This document shows positions 23,330 to 33,713 of a stretch of DNA of 64,000 nucleotides, one piece after another. The DNA comes from Basidiobolus meristosporus CBS 931.73 (Eukaryota > Fungi > Basidiobolomycota): contig MCFE01000152.1 of NCBI GenBank assembly GCA_002104905.1, positions 62,001 to 126,000 on the forward strand. The letters are read 5' to 3'. Both the position numbers and the translations under genes were made by a program. The stretch's first letter is position 1. Every line of letters begins with the position of its first letter. The notes beneath the pieces are model-generated. The model had not been told where the DNA came from. It ran no database searches and saw only the letters and a program-made list of their open reading frames with translations.

Positions 23330-25037
23330 TGCAATTGCTTTGAATTGCTCACATTTGTAATGATCCCAACGATCCTTTTTTTTTGCAATCCAAATTGAGC
23401 CATTGCAAATCAGTGATCATCAAATTTTGGATATAAGTAATATCAAGGTCGTCTCACATTTGAGACAGAACCCCTATAAATAAGCACCCTGCATATATAT
23501 ACATCATCTGTAATACCAGTGCAGCTATTGGATCTGTTTTGCACCTACACAATTGCTTGCATGCTAGCTATGACACCTTGTCCAATCACTAGGATCAGGG
23601 ATTTACTTGCTCAATGGGCAAAATGGGATATTTGATGGTGAATCAGGTAGCTTTTTCAGTAGTCAATGAGCCAATTGGGGGCTGCCAGCTTCAGGATACT
23701 TCTGGACCAGTTAACCACTGAGATACTGTCCAATTGGAGTGAGGGTAACCAAAATGGTAAGTATCAGTGTAGTTTATAGTGTGATACACATTTATTTCCA
23801 TTTACATTAAAGAAACATATCCAAATACCGGATTTTACCTGCCATTATAGCGGTATCCAATTGCGCACGTGATGCAAACATTACAAGTTGGCGCAATCAT
23901 CCGTGCCAACCTCATTGTGTCAGATTGTGCCATAGTGTGCAAGATTGTCCCGCATAGTGCGAAATTGTCCAAGAATGATCCTGCCTTCTGGTAGCTATAA
24001 TATTGCACCCAATTGTTCTTTACAACCACGGATTGCGCCATGCACCCTGGCATGGTACAATGGAACAAGTCTAGTATATTGAAAATGTTTGTGCTTGATT
24101 GATACTGGGTGCGGTATTTCAAAACTTCACAGTATTTGTTGGACTGTGTAAGCTTCTTCAGATGGTGCATAACTGGAATATATCTGGAGTGTGAACAATG
24201 TTTTCCTCCAATAGTGGTAGATTCCTGACAAGTTGGACACCTTGCAACAGTGGCATTTTCTGATGTAAATGCCATGCAACTGCTAATACATGCTGTCATC
24301 AGGACAGTGTCTGGGTCATATGTTACAAGCTGTAAGATAGTTGTCCTCTTGTATCATGAACATGGTAAGTTGCATCCTGGAATGATTTTGGCAAGAGTTA
24401 GTAGTAAATTCTCAAAGCCCCATTACTGATATTTGTGGAACCATACAACTTCTCTTGCCAATATATCACACCATTCACCAGTAGATGGATTACTGGGCTC
24501 ACTTGGCTTCATTAAGTATGCTTAGCATGTCTTTTCTACCGGTGTCATCTCATTGCATAAAAGGGGCTTGCTAGACTCATGTAGGGTACTGTTTTTAGGG
24601 GGGATAGGCTCACAATCCATCAGTGAGCTTTCTTCTTCAGAGCTCTCACTTTGCATGCCATATTAAAAAGGCTGAGGTGAGCATTGTAATAGAGGTTGTG
24701 GCACCACATACACACATATATGTATTGCTGTTTCTCCTTTGGTTTGACCCACTTTCATATATATGCTGCCAAAGAATAATTCCAGGAAATTGTGCCTTTA
24801 CATTAAAGAAAGGTGTATCCACAGTGGATCTTGTGTCTTCTAAGTTTGAGCTTTATGTGGAATACCCATGTCAGTACTGGCTATGCAAATGAATATGGGT
24901 GATTCTACAGTTGAGTGTATGTTTAGTGCAAGGGGAGGTAGAAAAATGAAATGTAATTTGGCAAATTGGTCTGATAGCATTGCACATAAGATACATATTC
25001 TTGGCAGCTGAATATGTCTGGCAAGTGTCTTTTATGC

Positions 25038-25380
25038 TGTGAGAGTCTTGGAGATATTGGAAGTGATTGGGAGGACAAGTAGATTATATGGTTTTCACTT
25101 AATGCTTTATTGAATGTAAAAGTAGTATTTATACTTTTACATGGTCTTAGCATTGCAAACATGTAGAATAGGTTAAGGACAAACCCAAGAACATGTGTGC
25201 AAAGTTTGGGGCTGTTTGGACAACTTTGAGAATTTTCATGTTCTGGGTATTGGTTATTTTGGTGAGAATATTTTAAGTAAATCCCAACAAGGAATTTGGT
25301 CAATATTCTCTAGGATTTTAAGGTAATGATCTAAGTGACTAAGTTAGGTGAATACTTAGGTGGAATTACAAATTCTTACA
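25038..25380 (-). repeat. Copia 3' LTR, second copy
   Basis: Reverse-complement homolog of 4566-4903, preceded on the minus strand by PPT GAGTGGAAG. Confidence 0.85.
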
Positions 25381-25394
25381 ACACTTCCACTCAG

Positions 25395-26140
25395 CTAAAT
25401 GTCCATACTGACTAGTTCTGATTTTGACCTAAGATATTCAAACATGTCTCTAGCTAATGGCTTGGTAAATATGTCTGCAATCATTTCATCTGTAAAGCAG
25501 TAAACTAAGCTAAGCAAGTTATTATTGATTACTTCTTGTATGGAATGATATGTAATATCTATGTATTTGGTTCTAGCATGAAAAGTTGGATTTCTACCTA
25601 ATTGTATACTTCCTTGATTATCTTGAAATAAAGTAATAGGTGATTTTTGACATAGGCCTAAATCTGTAAAAAGCTTTCTTAGCCACATTGTTTCTTTTGT
25701 AGCTTCACAGGCTGCCATATACTCTGTCTCTGTGGTAAAAAGTGCTACGGTTGGTTGCTTTCTTGAATTCAATGAAATTGCTCCTTTAGAGTAAAGAAAG
25801 GTGTATCCAGTGGTAGATCTTCTGTCTTCCAAAATTTGTCCCCAATCCACATCAGAGTACCCTGCAAGATCCTGTTCTGAATCATTATAAATGTATCTTA
25901 AGCAGATATCAGCAGCTCCTTTTATACATCTAAAAATCCGCTTAACTGCTGCAATATAATCAGATCCATAGTTCAGATTATGTAGGCTGACAACTCCAAC
26001 TGAATATGAGATATCTGGACGTGTTCCAAGCATGATATACATCAGACTGCCAACCATAGATTGATAAGGAAAGTCAGGGCTCTCAGATGGCACCAAGCTC
26101 TCTTGATTTGGTTGAGTTTTGACCAAGTCAAGGTTTGTCT
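25395..26140 (-). pseudogene. Ty1/copia RT C-terminus and RNase H remnant
   Basis: Motifs YQSMVGSLMY, TRPDI, GYSDVDWG, RRSTTGY, SRKQPTVAL, QDNQG, KYIDI and ADIFTKPL. The first 18 codons of ORF 25395..26195 derive from the adjacent CACTA end. Confidence 0.92.
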
Positions 26141-26379
26141 CCCTGTGAAAAATAATTTGGTCCTGTGGGTGGATCCAATCCAGATCATCTGTCAAGATCC
26201 CGTTTAGAGACCATCATAATAACAGCAGCTTGGAATTAGTGACCCTCCTGACAATCTTATAACAAGATCATAATGGTGTTTTGCAAATTTTACAGCCAAA
26301 TAAAGGGATAAAACTTGACAATTTTTGATCAGTGCTGTGACATTATTGCATGGTATTGTTGCGGTCTTTCAGCGCTCTA

Positions 26380-29303
26380 TTACTATTTTAAGTGGATCCA
26401 GTTGGCCAGGACTTCCAATTGCCTTATATAGCAAGAAACTTGACAGTATTTAGACGGCCTCACATCAAGACTCTGATGGCATTTTTTTGGCAGTATGATG
26501 GCCTTCTGCTGGTTCTGTATAATTCTACTGTACCTATTTACCAAATGGTATTTCCATTTTCTACCTCCCCTTGTGCAATTCATATATTGCACTGTAGAAT
26601 CACCTTTTTTTATTTGCTTACCCACTACTACCTTGGGTATTCCACATATAGTTCAAATCAAAAAAACTATGGCCTCCTGCATACTAACCTCCACAAACAC
26701 GCACACCTGCCGCAGTTGGCATACTTCCATCACCTCAACTTTACGGCTTTTTAGTGTGATACTTGCAAAGTTGCCATATATCTTGTACTGCTGGTAGCAT
26801 ATACATCTTGCAAATATATGATTGGTTGTAGCCACTTCTGCCATGAATACCTCCTGAATATTGGCAAGGAACTTCTTGGTATTTAGCCAATATATTCCTT
26901 CACCCTGCTGGATTCTAATCCCCCTTATAGGTGTGCTCTGGCCTTTGTTTGTGTGAATTCTGTATTGAATGGTGTAGAAGTTGACTTGTGACCACAAGAA
27001 ATCTGGCATATCTTGGTAGAGTCTTCCTGAAAAAATTAGTTGCTTGTTGCACCCAACCCAACTTTACATTACTTAACTGATTACCCACACATTGGGGCTG
27101 CGTAGCTTCTTAATGCCATAGGCATAGGTGTCTCTATGTGCACATTTGCCCTCAGTATTTTCCAACTCTTTCTGGCTGTCTTCCATGTGCCAACTCATCA
27201 CATCTATGATGGCTTGAATGTAATATTCTAGATGAGATTGGGATATGGTAGTACCTGCAACTTTACTCATCTTGCTATCTCCCCACACATCCGCTCCATA
27301 GGAAACTCCCAAAAAGCGAAGCAAGGCCCAATATTCTCCACACACCATGCAAGATGGAGTAGAGAATGGATACAGTAGCAGCAGAGATCTACATGTTCAG
27401 CTTTATGTTTGTAGTATAGCTGCTCAAATCCTGTCACAAACTCCTCACACAACAGCTGTAGATGAATCAAGTTGGCATTGGTGATCTGCTTCTGGATAAA
27501 TATTCCTACAATGTCCACATATGACTCCCAATGCTTCCAATGTACTCTTGGTAGGAATGGCTTCAAAACACCACTTGAATAAATACATATCCAGTTCATC
27601 CAGTCTTTGCATTTGTATTGTTGCATATGCATATGAATATTAATTGGAGCCTGTGTGAAGTACTTAGGATAGCAGATACTCTGTAATATCTTGCCAATTT
27701 CTTCAAATTTCTCCGGTATCTCAAGGGGCTCATTTAGCTTGAAATATCCCATGTACAACTTGGTCATCAGTATAGGGATACTATTGAAAAGCAAATGCAT
27801 TGCTCCCAGTGGAAAGCTTTTGCTCCAACAGATACTCTTTATCTTAAGTATCCAGTTTCCAATTGATTCCATATTCCAGCCAATGGCTTATAGCATGCCA
27901 ACTTTGCTGCAGTTGCATGCTTACTTCTGTACATTCTTTCTGTGAAAAGATGATGTTCTTAGTGCTGGTTTTTGGGTAATAATAATGTATGTGAGTTATG
28001 GAGTAAATCCCCTGGATCTCACACATTTGACAGCAATACTGTCCATTGTGCCTGGAAAAACCTGCTATCTTGCTGATGGCTGGGGTATCTCCAATGCAGA
28101 TAATAATATGTGCATTCACATGACAGCCATTTACTGTTATCCTGCTGGAAATCATACAAAATTCATCCAGCAATGGATACAGGTAGCTATCCAGGCTGGA
28201 CAGTGATTTAGGCCCAGATACCAGTGAGACTACCATCAGATTGTTGCTCTGATACCGTAAGATGGGCAGCAGATTCAGATTGATGAGAATCAGTGGCCAG
28301 CAGGATTTGCTGGTAGAGTTCTTGTTTAATGAGAATTCTTCAAGTGCTAAAGCAAAGGCATGTTCATACATACCTTCAAAGTAGCCCTTGCTTCTTAGCT
28401 GTTTGTAATGTTTGCCATCAAATATACTGGATATGTTTGCACTTAATTGATACTGAGTGTGGTACTGTATAGCTTTGCAATATTTGTTGGACTGCATCAG
28501 CTTCCTCAGACAGGGTATGACCAGAATATATCCAGAGTGTGAACAATGTTTTCCCTCAATGGTGGTGGATTCCTGACAATTTGGACATGTTGCAATGGTA
28601 GCATTTTTGGATGTCAATGCCATGCAACTGTTAGCACATGCTGGAATCAGGACAGTCTCTGGATCATATGTTGCCACCCACATGATGGTTGTCCACTTGT
28701 ACCATGTACATGGTAAGTTGCATCCCAGTATGATTTTGACAAGAAGTAGTAATAAATCCTCAAGCCCCTGTTACTGATATTAGTGGAAACACACCACTTC
28801 TCTAGCCACTACATTACATCATTCACCAGTAGATGGATTACTGGGCTCACTTGGCTCCATAAAGTATCCTTGGCATTTGTTTCAACAGGTGTTGTCTCAA
28901 TGCATATAGGGATTTGACTGGTCTCATACAAGGTACTGTTGTTGGGGGAGATAGGCTCAAAATCCATCAGTGAACCTTCTTTGTCAGAGCTATTACTCTG
29001 TGTGCCATATTCAGAAGGCTGAGGTGAGCCTAAAGGTGTCACAAACTCACCTGACTCAGTTTGTGCAAGGTGACAAGGATGGCCAGGTGCCAATATAAAA
29101 GTATCAACTAGGTGGCAAGAAAATGTTGGTACAGTGGTGACCAATGAATGGTCAAATATGACTTGGGTGGCAAAACACTGGCTGTGATCCTTGTAATACT
29201 TCCTATGCTGTCTGCGTGCTTCATGGCTGAGAGGCTTGCCACAATAGCCACATGGTCTTTTTTCTCTTCTCTTACAGCGTTGAGTCACAGCAGTCTTGTC
29301 CAT
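26380..29303 (-). pseudogene. Tnp2-family (Transposase_21-like) transposase, fragmented
   Basis: Motifs WPLILINLNLLPILRY..NLM...GPK...DSYLYPLLDE, IGDTPAISK.AG, CCQMC, HSLLHLA..V...GPC.AFWEFPMER. The 3' boundary is approximate. Confidence 0.85.
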
Positions 29304-29891
29304 GGGGCAAACAGTTTGACCTTCAACAACATAACACTATTATATCACTTTTTGGTCAATACTCATGTGAACTTAAGTCAGGCATGTATTTGAGACATTG
29401 CACCTACATGAATGCAAGATTCAATGATGACCCGCCATAGTGAGTATTATAAATAAAGCTGTGACACCACATACACACGTATATGTAACACTATTTCCCC
29501 TTTGGTTTGACTCATTTCCATATATATGCCTCCAAAAAATAAAGCAAAGTCATCTGGTTCTCAACCAAACCCCACTGCTGATGTCAACAGAAGAACAGTT
29601 GGACAACAGCTTGCTTTGACATTCAGTGCAACAAGCAGGGCTACATCCAAAAAAGGCCCTGTGGACAGTGTGCTCATTGAAGGTAACAATGCGGACTCCT
29701 CAGGCTCTGAGTCAAGTAGGCAATTGAGAACCTCTGTGGAGCCACAAGCAGACTGTTATGCTCAGGCAGATGAGAATGTAGCAAATGCAGTACCCTCAGC
29801 TGAAGATCAGCAAGTGGCCATGATAACATCACCACCACCCATATTAGCAAGTATGTTGTCAGCTCATACTGAAGCATTAATGAAGCAATTA

Positions 29892-30100
29892 GACTTGTTC
29901 CATTGTGCCATTGATCATAGTACCAGAAAGTGCTGTATATTTTGCTATTAATTTGATATTTTAGGGTTGCATGCATGTCAATTTTGATCCCAAGTTGGCA
30001 CTGTTTGGCACCATCAGGCACTCTGTGGCATGATCAGGCACTATCTGGCATGCTATGGCATTATTGGGCACTATGATCAGCTGGAATGATGGAACAAGTG
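29892..30100. mobile_element. 209-bp MITE of the IS5/PHIS-like family, TA TSD
   Basis: Starts GACTTGTTCCATTGTGCCAT, nearly identical to the inverted right end of 20641-24071, and ends ATGGAACAAGTG. TA flanks both sides. It holds eight GGCA motifs at 10-bp spacing. Confidence 0.88.
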
Positions 30101-30692
30101 TATTTGGTGCAATGGCTGATAGGATAGATACAATGGCCCAGAGAAATCAGGAAGTAGTCCAGAAACAGGATGAGCAAATAACACATGTAGAGCAATCAAT
30201 ATCCCAGGTAGAGAAAGCAGTTTCTTTTCTGCAAAGAAGGAACTCAAGTGGCTCAATGTCACAGCCAAGAATTGAGCCATTTCCCAATGTAACAGCAGAG
30301 GAACACTGTACAGTCTTTGAAGCACAACAACAGTGCCCAAAGATAAAGCCCACAGAAAAACCTATCACAGCGTGGGAGGGAGACAATGTGGTGTTAATAC
30401 CCAAGCCTAAAAATCAAAAGACATTGAAGATCCATGAAGCTGTTGAGTGCAATAATGAAGAGTGGGCTAATATGCAAGAGGCCATCAGAAGTCTAGCATG
30501 CTATCACCTTAAGGCCAGCATACCATGGGACCATCAGGAACTCAAGGCCAAGCAGAATGCACTAGACTTGTTCCATGAGCATTATCCTGGATTCAAATAG
30601 GCAAACAGTTTTTGGACCAGCACTGGTATACTAAGAAAGTATCTTAAGAATAGCAGAAACAATCAAAGGCAGAAGAACAAGGGTGCCATGGC

Positions 30693-31106
30693 TAAAAACC
30701 AGCGGCTTCCTCAAGAGCCTGTTACAAGCAGGGCCAAAAGCTCCAGACAAGCGTCAAAGAGATGTCAGGCAGCTGGAAGAGTGCCAATTAAGGACAATCA
30801 GGCAGACATGGATGCACCAGCACAACATTTATCAAGGAAAAAGCAAAGTACCACTCAAGAAGCACCCAGTCAAAGTAGCAGTGGAGGACCTGGCTGTGAT
30901 AAAAACCAGCCGCTTTTACAGGAGCCTGTCACAACTACGGTTGAGAGCTCAAAACAAGCTGAAAAGAATTGTCAGGTTGCCAGAAGAGTGCCAGCAAGGG
31001 ACAAGCAGGCCAAAACAGATGCGTCAGAGCAGAATTTATCCAGGAGAAAATGTAGTTCTTTACAAAAAGCACTCAGACAAAGTAGCAGTGAAAGACCGGG
31101 CAGTGA
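30693..31106 (+). repeat. Diverged 207-bp (69-codon) tandem duplication in the CACTA accessory ORF
   Basis: Units start TAAAAACCAG at 30693 and 30900. The peptides KNQRLPQEPVT...SSSGGPG and KNQPLLQEPVT...SSSERPG align. Confidence 0.85.
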
Positions 31107-32175
31107 TAAAGGAAAAGATAAAGGGAAAATGTCTACCCAAGCCTGAGACAGGGAGGCATGCAAAAAAACTGCAATTCTTGCCAATTGATTCCACAAGCCA
31201 GGAACAGACTGAATCCCATCATAGCCAAGAAGAATTACAAACAAGAAAACAGCTGCTTTCACAAGAGTTGGAAGCGCAGCCAGTTGAGCTACACTCCAGC
31301 AAGGTAGATGAGTTTGATGAAAAAGGCAATTTGTCTACCACAGCCTCCACAGCTTCCATTGTTGACAGAGTGGAGATCCCACTGGCAGACAAGGCTACAA
31401 CATCAAGAGCTCAAAAGACTATCACAATGCCTTCAGTGGAGTTTTGGAACATTAATAGGTACACCAAGAGGTTGCAGCACTTCTTCAAGTGCAGCGCTCA
31501 AGAAAACGCACTGGAATATTGCATGGATTTATTGCAAAGACTAGCAGATGTGGAGCTGGACCTTGCAGTGCCAGCTGAAGACCAGGATGTGTGGGAACCA
31601 GTGAATGAAAAGTGGCATAAAGCCGTTGGGATCCCACCAAAGTTGTGGAACCAGAGCATTACAGCAGAAGTACCTATTGAGTGGTGGATTTTAATGGAGT
31701 TACTTGTTGAGTGCGGGGTTGGGCTTAATGTTAGAGTAGGGTATAGAGGCTTGTATAGGTCAATACAACTGGTAATTGAGGTACAACTGAAGTTTCAATG
31801 GAAATATATCAGTTTGTATGCATGAAAAGTAAGAGAAATGGCTGAGTCAGGAAGTAAGGAGTGTGAAAAAGAGGCAATAGCCAATCAATTCACATAAATG
31901 TAGGAGGCAATAGAGTGTCTGGGATCAGAAAGTGAGCAAATTGGCAGGGAACCAATCAAAAGCCACTTATACATTGTTGTGATGAAAAATTTTGACAAAG
32001 TTTTTTGTGAAATCTGGGGTGCAATTATTTTTCAACAGTCTCTGGATGGTGTCCTGATGAGATCAGTACCTCTTAGTCACGGGACATTAACTTTGTGATG
32101 GCCTTTTGATGGGATCATCTCAATAATCTTTCATAGGGTCAGCTTCTCAACTCTCAGACCTGGCTTACCAAGAAG

Positions 32176-32327
32176 ATATCTCATATGTTCTGGGTACCTG
32201 GTATTTTGGTGAAAATATTCTAAGTAAACCCCAACAAGGAACTTGGTCAGTATTCTCTAGGATTTGAAGGTAATGATCTAAGTGACTAAGTTAGGTGAAT
32301 ATTTAGGTGGAATTACAAAATTTTACA
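32176..32327 (-). repeat. Truncated copia LTR
   Basis: Reverse-complement match to the 5' half of 4566-4903. Confidence 0.8.
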
Positions 32328-32638
32328 ACATTTTAATGCCTTCCAGATATTCCTTACTGTTTTGCTTCTGAACATTGCAATACTGATTGCTAAGACATAT
32401 ACAGTTGGAGGCACCTTGTTCTTTCTTCTGGTGCTACAAGACTTCTTCTCCTATGCCTTTAACAAGTCATTCTACTACTATAACAATATACCTGATGCCT
32501 TTTTCCTGTGGGATTTTCTTCATCTTCACCTTGCCGACTGGGTAGCCCAATCATTCAAACTTTTCAATAGAGGGAAGAATTCCAGTGATGGCAATAGGGA
32601 GCATTCCAGAGAGTAACAGCTTGGGGTTCATATTTCTT

Positions 32639-32983
32639 TGTCAAAGTCATGTAGATATTCAAAGTGCTTTAGTAATCAAGAAAATTGCAAATTTTTCACT
32701 TAATGATTTCTTAGATGTGAAGGTGGTATTGATACTTTGACATAGGTTAAGTGTTGGCAAAACAAGAATGTATATTGTGCCTAAAAAGATTGTCAGAGCT
32801 TGTGTGCAAGTGTGAGACTCGTTGGACAACTCTGAAAACCTCTTGTTCTGGGCAATGATGTGTCAGTGAAGAAGTTTGAAGTAAATCCCAACAAGAAATT
32901 TGGCTAGAACCCTCTATGGCTTGCAGGAAATACAATAAGTGACTATACTGGGTAGATATTTAGGTTTAATTATGCAATTTACA
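32639..32983 (-). repeat. Old copia solo LTR
   Basis: Diverged reverse-complement homolog of 4566-4903 over ~345 bp. Confidence 0.65.
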
Positions 32984-33371
32984 GCAAAAAAAGGCACTCC
33001 CATAGCATATCAAGATTAGCATGTATTTATACAATTAAAAAAATATTCAACTTGTCAAAATTGAAATAGTACATAAATATTAGTAATTATTTTGTATGGA
33101 AGCTGTAGAGAATAAGTTAGACAAACTAGCATACTTTACTACAGATGAATGATTGCTAACATATTCACCAAGTCAGTGCCCTAAAAAAATTGAGAAAAGG
33201 CCTGCTTAATACATTCATGATATCCACTGAATTCCAGGTTTCTTTAATATCAGCCAAAAATCAGATGACTTCTAAGTTTGAGATTTTCATTGGGCTAGCT
33301 AGAGACAAATATGAATATATTAGGCCATGATTGGAACTAGTCAATGAGAATAGTTAGCTGAGTGCAGGTAT

Positions 33372-33713
33372 TGCAAATTTTGTTATCACCCCTAAATACT
33401 CACCCAACTTTGTCCCTCAGATCATTGTCTACAAATCTTAGGGAAATCTGCCCAAATTCATTGTTGGGGTTTTCTTGTCAATACTTTATGCTCTGGGTAC
33501 CTGATGTTTTGGTGAAAATATTGTAAGTTATCCAAGCAGCCCCCAGCACTGTACACATGCTCTTGGGACCTTACTAAACATATTCAATGTGATTGTTCTG
33601 CCAAAACCATGTGAAAGGAAAAATATTACTTTTACATTCAATAAACCATTAAGTGAAAGCCACATAATCTACTTGTACTCCTAATCACTTCTAATATCTC
33701 CAAAAGTCTTAAA
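33372..33713 (+). repeat. Old copia solo LTR
   Basis: Homologous to 4566-4903 (e.g. CACATGCTCTTGGGACC, CACATAATCTACTTGT). Confidence 0.75.

Larger units (their letters stand above)
20641..24071. mobile_element. IS5/PHIS-like (DDE_Tnp_4) DNA transposon, 3431 bp, TIR GACTTGTT, TA target duplication
   Basis: TA|GACTTGTT at 20639-20648 and AACAAGTC|TA at 24064-24073. The flanks rejoin the host CACTA transposase. It holds two divergent ORFs and 10-bp-phased subterminal motif arrays. Confidence 0.85.
4904..24790 (-). mobile_element. Decayed CACTA copy split by the Ty3 (5293-20253) and IS5/PHIS-like (20641-24071) insertions
   Basis: Segments 4904-5292, 20254-20640 and 24072-24790 join collinearly and match ~27655-29545 of the intact-layout copy. 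Confidence 0.8.
29526..31825 (+). pseudogene. CACTA accessory (TnpA-analogous) ORF, disrupted by a MITE, a stop and a frameshift
   Basis: Removing 29892-30102 fuses ORFs 29526 and 30055 in frame (MKQLFGAMADRID). A TAG at 30598 is in frame with 30688..31146. The C-terminal frame matches ORF 31..279. Confidence 0.7.
26141..32138. mobile_element. Full-layout CACTA/EnSpm (CMC, CCC-terminus) element, ~6.0 kb, decayed
   Basis: Termini CCCTGTGAAAAATAATT and AATAATCTTTCATAGGG. A Tnp2 transposase lies on the minus strand and an accessory ORF on the plus strand, in divergent arrangement. No TSD was recognised. Confidence 0.85.

Noticed and set aside
29996-30075. Short periodic repeats as a CRISPR-like array or microsatellite
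   Set aside because: Units are 10 bp with no repeat-spacer structure and are explained as the MITE subterminal array. The locus is eukaryotic with no cas genes.
30542-30566. TAGACTTGTTCCAT match to the IS5/PHIS TIR
   Set aside because: It lies in frame within the accessory ORF (LDLFH) with no partner end or interruption, so it is treated as coincidence.
30683-31825. 380-aa ORF as an independent gene
   Set aside because: It lies within the CACTA element, and only its C-terminal part appears to be the true frame of the accessory gene.
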